Under the pieces are notes generated by a model. The model worked only from the letters and a program-made list of their open reading frames with translations, had not been told where the DNA came from and did not search any database. A program made the position numbers and the translations under genes. Below are positions 26,947 to 37,490 of a stretch of DNA of 64,000 nt, piece after piece (position 1 is the first letter of the stretch; each line of letters opens with the position of its first letter). The stretch is from Fimbriimonadaceae bacterium (GTDB lineage Bacteria; Armatimonadota; Fimbriimonadia; Fimbriimonadales; Fimbriimonadaceae): assembly GCA_963666135.2 (NCBI GenBank), contig CAXXNR010000001.1, positions 1,513,853-1,577,852 of the forward strand, in the 5' to 3' direction.

Positions 26947-29550
26947 ATGCTTTCGGCGATATTGCACCTTTTCGGCCGGCAGTGGCTTTTTAGTGCCTTT
27001 TGTTACTCAGAGAGAAGGCCTAAACGAATTACGCTGTATACTGCATCTGTGCTTTCACCTATTAGTAGAATTGCTCGCCTGTGCTTTCCGCTAGCCATAG
27101 CGACTTTGTTCTGCCATGTTCAGAGCGCTGATCTTGCTCAGTGCCCGACCTTAGCGAACTGGGATGCCAGCAAAAGCGGCCCGCTGCTTGTTCTCGAGCC
27201 AGATAAGGTGAAATCCAAGACCGGCACGAACCTGGCCGACTTCAAGCGCAAGCTTGTCGAAATCGGCGGCATCCACGCCATCGTCCCCGACACCATGGTT
27301 ATCATCGACGAGTCGGGACTCAGCAATCCGGACCTCTACGATGGCTTGCCGATGCATTCAAAGGTGCTCTACCTGCTGTCGACTCTCGATAAGGGACAAT
27401 TTGGCAAGGTGAGCGGCGATGGACTTTGCCTAACCGATTTGCGAGACGAACAGGTTCGGGTACTCGATTCGATCTTACCAAAGCCGTTCAAATTCGAGAA
27501 GACAGCCAGCGGAGTATCGACCAAGACAACTCTGAGCGATGCCGATCGAACAAAAGTGAAGCTAAAAGTAAGCCGGTTTGTGGCGTTCATGCTACAAAGC
27601 AACGAAGGCGGATATTCGCAGTTCTCGGCAAACCGAGGAATGTCCAACATAGCCAATCCAACTTACCGACGCGATATCTCGGCTGAGTTTGATACGCCAA
27701 ACACCCTTGGAGTGACCCTAAAGAAGTCGGTGCCGAACAATGTCAAAGCATCCGACATCGACTACAAGTCTCCGGCGCTCGATAAACAAATCGACCTGTT
27801 GCCAACCGAAAAGACCATTGACCTGCTGAAGAGGATCGAACGATCAACAGGCAGAGAGCTGTTTGCCGACATACGCGTGGCGAACCGCATGGTCGTGTCA
27901 AAGGGCGGCAAAGCAAAGGCAGGCGATGTTCTTCAAGCGATCGCCTTTTGCGTCACTGGAACCTATCGCAAAGTCGGCTCGATGTATCTTCTGACAAGCG
28001 ACCTGACGGGTCTGGGCACACGCGCCGTCCGCATTGCGCTGTGGAATGGAAAACTACGGAAGAGCATCTGGGAGCAAGAGTCTAGATGGCGCGAGAAGCT
28101 GGCGCAATCCGGTGCGATGTCCAAGGTTGGCTTCGACTCCAAAGATCCTTTGGCCCCAAACGACAGTGTCAAGAACTACCTTGAGGCCAATCGTCAGAAC
28201 ATCTATCCCATGAAGTTCGACTTCGACTTCACCAAGTTGCCAGCCAATGCTCAGGATTTCCTGCGGAAGCAGAATGAAATGTATGAGAGCCGCTACACGT
28301 TCGATAAAGTCAGTCTTGAAGCGGGTATCGGCTATGGATTCGTGCTTCCAGACGGCAACAACTTGGTTCTTGAGCATCAGGATTTCGGACCGCTCGATAT
28401 GTTTGAACCGAGAAACCGCCAGGCCGCCGAGCCCCCAGAGGAAGTTAAAGGAAACTTCGACTTGGCTTCGGTCAAAGGTCAGAAGCCTCTTGCGCTGAAA
28501 CTCGCCGACAAAAGCCAAGCCGCCAAAGCGGTCACAACCGCGAAGGCCTATGGCTTCAGTGAGCTTTGGATTGAGTCTAGGTCCAAGCAGACCATCGAAG
28601 AAGCGGTCAAACGAGGCAAAACATCAGGAATCGCCGTTCGTCTCGTTGTCCAACCCTTCGCTTTGGGCGAGGAAAGCACAAAAGGTGAAGACCTTAGCAT
28701 TCTAGGCGAGAACGGCAATCAGATTGGAAAGAGAATCCTAGATAGGGCAATGTCCGAATCGATCAAGGACATGTTGCCGCCGAAACCGATTAGTCGCACA
28801 CTTTGTCCAGAAACGGCAATGAGCCCATCTTGGATCAATCGATTCGTCGATCTTGCCAAAACCGGAGATCTCGCTGGAATTGTCGTGCTCGACACATTGC
28901 CGCGAGGATATACGAAGCAGCGGATTTCGGGAACAAGCCTTCAACCGTTTGCCCAAGCGCTGTTTGGCTATTCGTTGAATGCCAGAGAGCAGAGCATTCG
29001 GAGGTCGAGTATCGATCCGATCGACATCGCACCAGAGGAGTGCTACACCGGTGCAGACTTAAGGCAGCCGTTCTTCCTCGACGACGGGTTGCGCGGCGGA
29101 AATTCGACTTACGACGGCCGGGATGTTCCGTTGCCCGAGATCTATAACTTCAATGCTGCCTATTCGAAAACTCTGTCCGAAAGCAATGAGAAGGCAACGC
29201 TCGCCATCCTGAACCAGTTGTCCGATGCCGCAGGAACCATTCCGGTTTGGGTCGAAGCTCGATTCGGCCAGAGCAACCCGCTTGAGACGATTACGGCGTT
29301 GCTTGAGTGGAAGAAAGGCATGAAACTGGCGCAGGTTAGCCCGGAAACAGAGAACGGCATTGCGGGTTGCCTCGCTCTTGTCATGCCTGCTCCAACCAAG
29401 CGCGATGCTAATACGTTTAAGTGGTGGGGCGGCGTTTGCGGCTATACCGAATCGGACTCGCGATTTGGCTTCGTGGCCCACAACGCCCTGGGCATTGGCC
29501 TCAACCAGCTAGATTCTTACCTGAGCTTGCTGTTCAAACGACAACTATAG
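26947..29550 (+). CDS. large hypothetical secreted protein (no recognisable domain)
   Basis: 867-aa uninterrupted ORF with a hydrophobic N-terminal segment (ARLCFPLAIATLFCHVQSA). It is divergent from the 912-aa gene. Confidence 0.55.
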   Translation: MLSAILHLFGRQWLFSAFCYSERRPKRITLYTASVLSPISRIARLCFPLAIATLFCHVQSADLAQCPTLANWDASKSGPLLVLEPDKVKSKTGTNLADFKRKLVEIGGIHAIVPDTMVIIDESGLSNPDLYDGLPMHSKVLYLLSTLDKGQFGKVSGDGLCLTDLRDEQVRVLDSILPKPFKFEKTASGVSTKTTLSDADRTKVKLKVSRFVAFMLQSNEGGYSQFSANRGMSNIANPTYRRDISAEFDTPNTLGVTLKKSVPNNVKASDIDYKSPALDKQIDLLPTEKTIDLLKRIERSTGRELFADIRVANRMVVSKGGKAKAGDVLQAIAFCVTGTYRKVGSMYLLTSDLTGLGTRAVRIALWNGKLRKSIWEQESRWREKLAQSGAMSKVGFDSKDPLAPNDSVKNYLEANRQNIYPMKFDFDFTKLPANAQDFLRKQNEMYESRYTFDKVSLEAGIGYGFVLPDGNNLVLEHQDFGPLDMFEPRNRQAAEPPEEVKGNFDLASVKGQKPLALKLADKSQAAKAVTTAKAYGFSELWIESRSKQTIEEAVKRGKTSGIAVRLVVQPFALGEESTKGEDLSILGENGNQIGKRILDRAMSESIKDMLPPKPISRTLCPETAMSPSWINRFVDLAKTGDLAGIVVLDTLPRGYTKQRISGTSLQPFAQALFGYSLNAREQSIRRSSIDPIDIAPEECYTGADLRQPFFLDDGLRGGNSTYDGRDVPLPEIYNFNAAYSKTLSESNEKATLAILNQLSDAAGTIPVWVEARFGQSNPLETITALLEWKKGMKLAQVSPETENGIAGCLALVMPAPTKRDANTFKWWGGVCGYTESDSRFGFVAHNALGIGLNQLDSYLSLLFKRQL

Positions 29551-29571
29551 GTTCAAATCGGACCACGAAGG

Positions 29572-32082
29572 TTAATAGTCGAGTAGGAACGTTTTAATCT
29601 CAAATGGCTTGAGATCGAAGGTCAAGGTGTTCATCTTCATGTCGTTCCATTCTGTCGGTTTTTCAAGCACGTCCGTCTCGCACCAACGATGGATTGGCGT
29701 GTTGAAACGGAAATACGCACCGCAGTTTTGAAGACCAGCACTTTCATAGACCCGAACGACGAGGCCGTCGTCATGCCAATGAACCGAACTGACGACAACA
29801 TTGGCGGGTTCTACTTCGGCAAGGCTCCAAGTCTTTGGGAGCTTTCCTTCATGCCGAGACGTCTTGCGAACGAGAAGCGGGGCGTTATACGCCTGGCCAT
29901 CCTTAACGGTGTTCGCTGCTTTCCAAGTACCTTCATGCGGTAACAAAGCATATTGGAATGTCCGTTCGACACCGATTTCGAATGCTGTTTCCGACGGGCG
30001 ACCGAAGTTGTAGCCGATGAGGTCGACCGACCTCAGCAACGAAACCATGTGGGTGCCGTTTGCCGCTACGTTTCCGGGCAATCCTCGGTTCAAAACGGCC
30101 AGCCCAACCTCGGCGTTCGAGACATCGGTCCAGTTCTGCGCTGGGTTCTCGACTCCATTTGATCGCTCGACAGCGCCGAACGGGATTTCCTGCGTATAAG
30201 AGCCGCCTGTGATTGTCGTTGGGATTAAAGCCTGGTACCGGACATGCTTGCGCATGTTGGTCAGCTTGATCTCGCATTCGACCTTCGGACTGCCTTTCGT
30301 CAATCGTATTCGGGTCGAATATAAGCCGTCGGGAAAGGCGCGGCTCATTGCAAACTCCTGGTATACAGGGCCGGACACGATCGTCCAACCTTCTCCGTCG
30401 AATGAGTTCGAAATATAGGTTTCTTGTCCTGGCACTTCGTCGATTTCAGTCGCGCATAGATACATCCCGCCGTCCAGAGGTTTGTAAAGCTCCCAAATGT
30501 CGCCGTTGTCTTCGCGCTGGGCGATGGCGTTGGCAGGTCCGGAAAGCATCTCCTTGCCCAAGCGTTTGTCAATCAGGCTCGTAATCGTTCCGCAAGACGG
30601 ATCAATAGTAACCCTAAGGAATCCGTTCTCAAGCATTGGCTGGTTAGGTTGATTCTGAGAAGGCGTAGATTGGCTGCCTCGCGCGAAGTAAACGGCATGG
30701 CCCAAGGACGGAACCGTCGCAACGAAATGAGCTCTTGCGCGCCGAAGCGATCCATCTTCATAGCTCTCAACTGCGCTTAGCTGGACAGGTATCACCCTCC
30801 CGTCAGACTCAAACACAGATACGCTCCGGATGCCTGCTTCGGCGAAGCCTAAGTCGACCTCGACTGCCTCGGTTCGCTCAAATCCAAGTGTATTGACGAC
30901 AACGATCGGAGTGCCCTCTCCGGTTGTGTCAATCTGTTCGATCCAGGCACCCAAGCTCTCATCGATGACGACATCGGCAAGCCGCTCGGAAAACAGATAG
31001 CTCTGCAGGGAGTCATCATATACGACATCGGTCATGACTCCCGAAGCCGTGTCGTGGGCCTGGTTGAAGAGCACCGGTTCCCAGGCTTGCCCTATTCGAG
31101 AGCTGTCGAAAGGTTTGCCATGAACCATTGCCATGGCGCTGAGGAACTCGGCATCGAGCAGCTTCCGCTCAATTCGCCTCGTCAACTGATGTAGCTCGAT
31201 GCGGCTGCTGTATGTGCCCTGGAATATCGGGCACATGTCGATGCTGTAGACCTTCCTAGGACCGCGAGAACGGACGGCAGCCATGAACTCCGCCGGAGTC
31301 GAAAACCGAATCTCGAATGGGTGTTCTCCGGCTTCGTTGAAGGATTGAACCAGATCTGGCACATGCTGCTCAGCGTCGGTCACGTCGGCTCCAGCCAAAC
31401 CCACGCGGTGGCCAGGTTGCGCGAAAGGGTCAAGAGAAGCATATCTCTCAGAGAAGAACGAGTCGAAACCAGCCTGGTCTCTCGGCGGACCGTAGAACAA
31501 CCCATAGAAGCCGGGCAGCCAGACTGCGTCGATCTCGCTGCCGTCGATGCCGCGCCAGACGAACTCAGAAGGCATCTCGTCCGTCTTAACGCCCCTGCTG
31601 AACCACATCGAGTCGAAGCCCGACTGTCGAAGGAGCTGCGGCATCTGCGGATGATGGCCGAACGTGTCGAGTAGCCAAGCATCGCCATGCCTTCTTCCGA
31701 AAGCCGTTTCGAAATAGCGCTGACCATATTGGACTTGGCGAACGAACAGCTCTCCGCCGGGCTTTACATCGTCCGGCATGATGTCCATTCCGCCTACCAG
31801 TTGCAACCGTCCCTCTTCGACATACCGTCGGAACTCTGCCTCCAGTTCTGGATAGCGCTCGATAAACGGCTTGACATATGCCGCCTGGTCGAGAGCGAAC
31901 CGATACTCCGGATACTCCTGAAGTAGCTTCAAGGCCGTCATGATATGCGACAGTCCTTGGTCTAGGTACTCATCGCGAGTAAAGAACACGGCCCCTTCCC
32001 AATGGGTGTGCGGGATCAAATGCAGAATCGGCTTTTCGTCCATTGACCACCTAGTTCCATTTGCGTATGAACAGATACTCAC
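29572..32082 (-). CDS. GH38 alpha-mannosidase
   Basis: HLIPHTHWEGAVFFTRDEY, WLLDTFGH and NQAHD are GH38 N-terminal catalytic motifs. GTG 32082 overlaps the upstream stop (GTGA). ATG 32043 is an alternative start. Confidence 0.85.
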   Translation of the reverse strand: MSICSYANGTRWSMDEKPILHLIPHTHWEGAVFFTRDEYLDQGLSHIMTALKLLQEYPEYRFALDQAAYVKPFIERYPELEAEFRRYVEEGRLQLVGGMDIMPDDVKPGGELFVRQVQYGQRYFETAFGRRHGDAWLLDTFGHHPQMPQLLRQSGFDSMWFSRGVKTDEMPSEFVWRGIDGSEIDAVWLPGFYGLFYGPPRDQAGFDSFFSERYASLDPFAQPGHRVGLAGADVTDAEQHVPDLVQSFNEAGEHPFEIRFSTPAEFMAAVRSRGPRKVYSIDMCPIFQGTYSSRIELHQLTRRIERKLLDAEFLSAMAMVHGKPFDSSRIGQAWEPVLFNQAHDTASGVMTDVVYDDSLQSYLFSERLADVVIDESLGAWIEQIDTTGEGTPIVVVNTLGFERTEAVEVDLGFAEAGIRSVSVFESDGRVIPVQLSAVESYEDGSLRRARAHFVATVPSLGHAVYFARGSQSTPSQNQPNQPMLENGFLRVTIDPSCGTITSLIDKRLGKEMLSGPANAIAQREDNGDIWELYKPLDGGMYLCATEIDEVPGQETYISNSFDGEGWTIVSGPVYQEFAMSRAFPDGLYSTRIRLTKGSPKVECEIKLTNMRKHVRYQALIPTTITGGSYTQEIPFGAVERSNGVENPAQNWTDVSNAEVGLAVLNRGLPGNVAANGTHMVSLLRSVDLIGYNFGRPSETAFEIGVERTFQYALLPHEGTWKAANTVKDGQAYNAPLLVRKTSRHEGKLPKTWSLAEVEPANVVVSSVHWHDDGLVVRVYESAGLQNCGAYFRFNTPIHRWCETDVLEKPTEWNDMKMNTLTFDLKPFEIKTFLLDY

Positions 32083-34043
32083 TTAGCGATCGAGTTCGAA
32101 ACCGGAAATACTGCTAGCCTCAGCCGAGTGCTGCCGTAAGGTACGAGGGTGATTATCAGCCCTTGCCCTTCCGGTTCAACCGATCCTTTCTTGGGGAGCG
32201 GAGGCGTGAACCGGCCCTCGACCAATTGCCAGCCCTTGACAGGATGAGCAGCCACCTTAATGACCAAGGGGGCATTCCCTGGGTCGAAGGGATACCCTTT
32301 CTTGCCGGTCTTGACCGTCTTCAGCGCTTTTGCGCTTGTTGTGGCGAGGGCATAGTTCCACAGTCCGTTCGGCCGCAGGTCAAGCGCCGGGAAGTCGGGG
32401 CCGACGAACTTCTTGCCGCCAATGTTTTCATACAGTTTCATGTCGGCAGTAACCTTCTCGGGCACGGCTAAGGCGTAGAGGATCGGGCCGCGTTCGACGT
32501 AGACGCCATAATCGAGCCAGGGCAGAATCTTGGCTTGCATCGGCAGAACAATTTTGACTGTTGCGGCGTCTTTGATATCCAAGCCAACAGAGACGAATGA
32601 GCCCGGTTTCAGCATGCCTTCGTAGCTCTGACCGTTGACGGTAACCGATGGCCGGGTGCACCAGACAGGGATGCGGAACGTAAATGGCACCTTCGCCGGC
32701 TTCGAGGCTGAGAACTTGAAGACGACCGTCTCGCCGAACGGATATTCGGTCTGTTCCTCGACCTTAATCGTTGCTCCGCCAACCTCGAACTCGTTGGAAG
32801 ACGGGCCGTACAGAGCTGCCACGATGCCGCCTTTGGCATCGCGCATCCACATTCGCGCGGCATAGTTCGGCATGAAACGCTGGCCGTCGCCGATGCAGCA
32901 TTCCACCTGGTTGAACGGCCGATATTGCATCCAGGTCGAACCGTGGAACATCGGGTTGTGGTTCGATTCGCCGGTGGCGATCACCTGGTTCGGGCTGCTG
33001 AAGTATTGCATCGTCTTAAAGTCTTTGGAGACCGCGCCAGGCCCAGCGTTGAATATCGCGCGCTCGATGCGGTCGGCCCAGGTCGCATCGCCGGTCGCCT
33101 GGAGCAGGTATCCCCAAGTCCAGGTCGTGTCGGTGATGTCGCAAGTCTCGTGGCTTTCCAGCGGATCGCGTCCGGCCAGGTTCTCCTTCGAGCTGGGAAT
33201 GCCGTCGGGGAGCATGTGGTCCCGGTCGACCTTCAGCATCACGTTGACAGCGGCATCGAGGTATTTCTTCTTGCCGGTGTAGCTATAGAGCATCGTCGGC
33301 AGCTTCGCCTCTTCCATGTGCGTGACGCCGTGGATGTAGAGCGGGTCGGGCGAGGCGCACATGTCGAAGGTAAGTTCGCCGCCAAGAGCCAGGCGGTTCG
33401 ATTCGGCGTAGGCTTGCTCCGCGACGTCCAGCAGCTTTCGGTCGCCGGTCAGGCCATAGGTCCATAGGATGCCCTCGATGTTAACGACATGCCTGAGTCC
33501 GTCGGCGACGTCCTTGACGCTGTAAGTTGAGAAGTGCTTGTGCAGGCTTTTCAGCAGTTCTGGATCGCCTGAGGCGAGATATTGGGCCTGCAAAGCGCGG
33601 AAGTAGACGGCGATCGGCCACTGGATAGGGAACAGGTTCGGACCGAGTCGGCCGCTCTTCTGCGGGTTTTGGAGCACATTGTCGATGACCTTCTTGGCTT
33701 TGGCCTTTAGGTCTTGGTCGTGCAGAACCAGCCCGAGGCGCGTTGCCGCGTCCCAATAGTAAGCCGTCTGCTCGTAGGGCCACCAGAAGACTTCAGGCAC
33801 GCCTTCTTTCTGCAGCGTGTCGTTCCACCACGGCCTGTCATAGGGGAACGACATCGCTTCGGGGTGTCCGGTCAGGCCCGTCTTTTGCCTTGTAAGGAAC
33901 TCTTTTAGCCATCCTTTGGGTTGCACCTTCGCCAGCGAGGCGTCCTGGAACTTATCGAACCGTGGTGTTTGTGCTTCGGCTTGGGTCGATAAGGCTGCAA
34001 GCGCTGCGAGGCTGATGGCGATGAATCGATATCGAATCGGCAT
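32079..34043 (-). CDS. GH127-like (DUF1680, beta-L-arabinofuranosidase family) glycoside hydrolase
   Basis: ATG 34043 is preceded by AAGGAG and gives a signal peptide (MPIRYRFIAISLAALAALSTQAEA). It has a WLKEFLTRQKTGLTGH-type N-terminus, an (alpha/alpha)6-like middle region and a Cys-containing QVECCIGDG. The family call is tentative. Confidence 0.6.
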   Translation of the reverse strand: MPIRYRFIAISLAALAALSTQAEAQTPRFDKFQDASLAKVQPKGWLKEFLTRQKTGLTGHPEAMSFPYDRPWWNDTLQKEGVPEVFWWPYEQTAYYWDAATRLGLVLHDQDLKAKAKKVIDNVLQNPQKSGRLGPNLFPIQWPIAVYFRALQAQYLASGDPELLKSLHKHFSTYSVKDVADGLRHVVNIEGILWTYGLTGDRKLLDVAEQAYAESNRLALGGELTFDMCASPDPLYIHGVTHMEEAKLPTMLYSYTGKKKYLDAAVNVMLKVDRDHMLPDGIPSSKENLAGRDPLESHETCDITDTTWTWGYLLQATGDATWADRIERAIFNAGPGAVSKDFKTMQYFSSPNQVIATGESNHNPMFHGSTWMQYRPFNQVECCIGDGQRFMPNYAARMWMRDAKGGIVAALYGPSSNEFEVGGATIKVEEQTEYPFGETVVFKFSASKPAKVPFTFRIPVWCTRPSVTVNGQSYEGMLKPGSFVSVGLDIKDAATVKIVLPMQAKILPWLDYGVYVERGPILYALAVPEKVTADMKLYENIGGKKFVGPDFPALDLRPNGLWNYALATTSAKALKTVKTGKKGYPFDPGNAPLVIKVAAHPVKGWQLVEGRFTPPLPKKGSVEPEGQGLIITLVPYGSTRLRLAVFPVSNSIAK

Positions 34044-34255
34044 GGGTTGCTCCTTGATTCCGATTATAGCCTTGAGCATGACCCAACGGACAAATTGTCT
34101 ATCAAGAATGTGACGCAATTCGAAACACGATGGCCTTCGACACAGCCTCAACAATCCCGATTGTTGAGGCTGTGTCGAATACCTAATCGAGCAGGACCCT
34201 CCACGATTGGGATCGTGGAGGGATGGAAACGATGGCCTACGCAGTTGCCTTTAGA

Positions 34256-35485
34256 CTAACCGAACAGGCCGACCGGTTTGGGCGTGTAGCCCTCGAAGAC
34301 CTCGTTCGGCTTTTGGACGCCCATACGCCTGGATAGCACCTCGGAGAGAACATCGCGGTAGTCGGTCGTCACGCGCAAGTCGCCGACATCGTCGAGTTGG
34401 CTAGCTTCCAGTCCGGGCCATTTCGCCACGACCCGTCCGCCACGAACTCCGCCGCCGAGAACGACCATCGCGCCGGCGCGGCCGTGGTCGGTGCCGAAGC
34501 CGTTGTTCTCGCGCAGCCTTCGGCCGAACTCGGTCATGACGACCAGCGTCACGCTGTTCATTCTCTCGCCTAAATCCTGAGCGAAAGCGCTGACAGATGC
34601 GCCTAGGTTCGTGACCAAGCCTGCGATCAAGCCTCCGGTTGTACCTTGGGCAACGTGGGTGTCCCATCCGCCCATATCCATCGCCGCCACTTCGAGCCCA
34701 ACATCGGCGCGAATCAGCATCGCCGTCTGCCGAAGGCTCTCGCCCAGATCGGTATTCGGATACTTAGCCTCGTTCAGCGTCTTTTCGGCTGATTTGTCGA
34801 GCTTGCGGAGCGTGTCGAGAACGCTGAGGGTGTCTTGGCCGGCCTGGGCAACCTCGTCGCCGTGCATCGCATAGAGCCCGGTCAAGCTCTTGAATGCCTG
34901 ATTTGAGTCCACCCCGAAGGTTTCAAGCTTGAACTCGTCGATCGTTTCCATCGCCACAGCATGGGTTGCTCCTCTCAGCGAGTTCGGCATAACCGAGCTG
35001 AGCGCCACCGCACGCAACGGCGAGTCGCCTTCGGCCTCAGTGACCGACAGATATCGGGCAAGCCACCCGTTGGTTGGGCCGGCTCCATCGTTGGCCAAGC
35101 CCCGCTCCATGGCCGACATCGCCTCGAAATGCGAACGCGTTTTGTCATCGGACCCGACGGCATGAACGACAGCCAATTTGCCTTCTTTATGGGCAGGCAT
35201 CAAGGGAGCAAGCATCGGGTTCAGGGCGAACCGGTCGTCCAGGCGCAACGACTTAGACGGACTGAACGCCAAGTTCGGCCTTTCACGATGGTAGGCGTCC
35301 TCGGCAAAGGGCACGAATAGACTCATGCAGTCTGCGCCGCCGCGCAAGAAGAGAACGACGAGCGTGTCGTGCTTGCGATCTCGGTTCGCCGAAAAGGCCA
35401 TCTGCGCAATCGATGTTCGCGTTCCAACCAGAGACGCCAAGCCGACTCCGGCGCTGATGAGCACGCCTCTTCGAGTGACATGCAT
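34256..35485 (-). CDS. DUF1501 (sulfatase-fold) protein with Tat signal
   Basis: MHVTRRGVLISAGVGLASLVG is a Tat-type leader. VVLFLRGGADCMS...TEFGRR...N...GTDHG is the DUF1501 signature. Confidence 0.8.
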   Translation of the reverse strand: MHVTRRGVLISAGVGLASLVGTRTSIAQMAFSANRDRKHDTLVVLFLRGGADCMSLFVPFAEDAYHRERPNLAFSPSKSLRLDDRFALNPMLAPLMPAHKEGKLAVVHAVGSDDKTRSHFEAMSAMERGLANDGAGPTNGWLARYLSVTEAEGDSPLRAVALSSVMPNSLRGATHAVAMETIDEFKLETFGVDSNQAFKSLTGLYAMHGDEVAQAGQDTLSVLDTLRKLDKSAEKTLNEAKYPNTDLGESLRQTAMLIRADVGLEVAAMDMGGWDTHVAQGTTGGLIAGLVTNLGASVSAFAQDLGERMNSVTLVVMTEFGRRLRENNGFGTDHGRAGAMVVLGGGVRGGRVVAKWPGLEASQLDDVGDLRVTTDYRDVLSEVLSRRMGVQKPNEVFEGYTPKPVGLFG

Positions 35486-35566
35486 TGATTCCGTTGGCGC
35501 ACTGTGCCTTGATGCCGGCTCTGATCCGCCCGTTCCGTTGCAACTCCACCAGCGATCAGGCATCGT

Positions 35567-36997
35567 TTACCTCCATTGAAACTCCGGCGAGGCGATTAGG
35601 GCGGCAGCCTGTCCGCGCTCATCCAGGTTGGCCATGGCCGCCAGCAGCTTGCCGTCGTCGGCAACAATCGGTCTGCAGAACAGCATGCTTGCTCTGTCTT
35701 TCAATGGACTTTCGACAATCTCCTTGCTGATTCGGGTGCCGCCAATGGAGTCGGAGGCCAGCGCAAAGGCGAAGTTCCAGCGCGAGAGCATCGAGCCTGT
35801 CCAGGCGGAGTTGCGGTCGGGATATCCGTCCGGCATCGGCCACTCGTAGGATGCTTGGCCCATGTTTTCCAACCAGCGCAGAAGCGGCTTGCCTCCGTCG
35901 GTTGTTGCTCCGGTTGCTCTTAGGGCAGACACAACATAGTCGAACGGCCGCTTGAGAATCGGCTCGCTCTCGTGGAGTTCCTTTGACAGCAGCAAGGGCT
36001 TCAGCATTTGGCGAATGTCTCCGCCGGTCGCGAGGTAAGTTTTGGCGGTCGGCTCGATCCACTTTCCGCCCGAGCTTCCCAGAATGTATCTGCAGAGCTT
36101 GCCAGCGATGAATCGGGCAGCGCTTGGATGGTTCGCCAGCAAGTCGAGCACCTGCTCGCCGTCTTCGATGCCGCCGCCAGCCGGAATGCGATGCCCGAGA
36201 ACGACCTTTTCGCCTTTGTCGTGAAGATCCTCGTTGAACCGGAAGGTCTCGCGGGGCTTAAGGAAGCGCTTCTCGATGGTCCAACCGGTGAAGCATCGGG
36301 CAACCTCGCGGATGTCGTGGTGGTTGTATCCGCCGTCGACTCCGAGGCTGTGAAGCTCCATCAACTCACGAGCATAGTTCTCGTTTGGATTGCCATTGCG
36401 GCTCGACGAGTTATCGAGGTAGGCGAGCATGGCGGGACTGTGCGCGGACGCCTTGAGCATATCGGGGAACTTGCCAAGAGCGTTCTGCCGAACAACCTCC
36501 GTTTCCTCTTTGCCTTTGCGAATAGAAGCGTATCCCTTTCTGCCGTAGATGTTGAAATGGTTGCTCCAGAAATCGGAAATTCGCTCGAACAACGGGTTGG
36601 CCCCCATGGCCGCACGGAGAATCGCCGCCTGCTGGAGCTGGCGCATGACTTCGTCTTCGGGAAAGTCGAGCAGCTCGGTTGGGTGGAGCTGCAGGACATC
36701 GAGCCGGCTCAATTGAAGGTTGAGAGCTAACGGCTCATCTTCTTTTGCTTCGAGCAGGCGGTTGACGGTGCTCTCGAAGCCCTCCTTCGTGACTCGCTCG
36801 AAGTCTGCAGGGGAAGGTCCAAACCCGGCTCGGTTCAACAGTCTCACTTCTTGCGAATGGCTGACGGCAACAGGTTTCGGTTTGGCGCGAGTTTGCCTTT
36901 CAGCGACTCTCGACGCCAGCGGGCCGCAACCTGCGGCAACGCCTGCAAGGGTCGCGCCGATTCCGGTTTTCAGGCAGTCGCGTCGGCTATACGTCAT
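35567..36997 (-). CDS. DUF1800 protein (usual partner of DUF1501)
   Basis: MTYSRRDCLKTGIGATLAG leader, then FWSNHFNI, YLDN..S....PNENYARELMELH..G and GYPD are DUF1800 motifs. Confidence 0.8.
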   Translation of the reverse strand: MTYSRRDCLKTGIGATLAGVAAGCGPLASRVAERQTRAKPKPVAVSHSQEVRLLNRAGFGPSPADFERVTKEGFESTVNRLLEAKEDEPLALNLQLSRLDVLQLHPTELLDFPEDEVMRQLQQAAILRAAMGANPLFERISDFWSNHFNIYGRKGYASIRKGKEETEVVRQNALGKFPDMLKASAHSPAMLAYLDNSSSRNGNPNENYARELMELHSLGVDGGYNHHDIREVARCFTGWTIEKRFLKPRETFRFNEDLHDKGEKVVLGHRIPAGGGIEDGEQVLDLLANHPSAARFIAGKLCRYILGSSGGKWIEPTAKTYLATGGDIRQMLKPLLLSKELHESEPILKRPFDYVVSALRATGATTDGGKPLLRWLENMGQASYEWPMPDGYPDRNSAWTGSMLSRWNFAFALASDSIGGTRISKEIVESPLKDRASMLFCRPIVADDGKLLAAMANLDERGQAAALIASPEFQWR

Positions 36998-37490
36998 ATG
37001 CTGGTGCGTTGGCGTGCTTGGTCAAGAGCGTCGAAATGCCAGCGCCAAGCGATATGATGAAGAGAATCGGGCCGAGAACGAACCAGCCGAAGACCGGAAA
37101 CATGCACGCGGCAACGAGAAGTCCAGATCCTTTCGTGAACGCCGCATAGTCGGTGCAGCCGCCTTCGGCGCGAATCCGTTCGCCCATGATTCGAGACATT
37201 CCGGCATTCCCAAGAAAGGCGGCTAAAACGATGAAGCCAGCAGTCAAGGTGCCTAGGAATTTCACCGCAGGATTCGGAACGCTAAGCAATATGATGCTTA
37301 CCAGTCCCACGGTTGCCAACGCCGCGAACCCTAGTCCCAGAGACAGCCACGGCTTCTTTTGAATGGCGCGGGCAGCGCTGGCGGCGTGGTTGCTGAAAAG
37401 GTAACCCATGCAAATTGTGAGCGCCCAAGCGGTAACCCCTATGCCGATGACGCTTGCTACGATGGCAAGAATATCGCCAAGAATCAACAT
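36987..37490 (-). CDS. hypothetical polytopic membrane protein
   Basis: 167 aa with 4-5 hydrophobic helices. It overlaps the DUF1800 start by 11 nt. Confidence 0.5.
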   Translation of the reverse strand: MLILGDILAIVASVIGIGVTAWALTICMGYLFSNHAASAARAIQKKPWLSLGLGFAALATVGLVSIILLSVPNPAVKFLGTLTAGFIVLAAFLGNAGMSRIMGERIRAEGGCTDYAAFTKGSGLLVAACMFPVFGWFVLGPILFIISLGAGISTLLTKHANAPAYDV

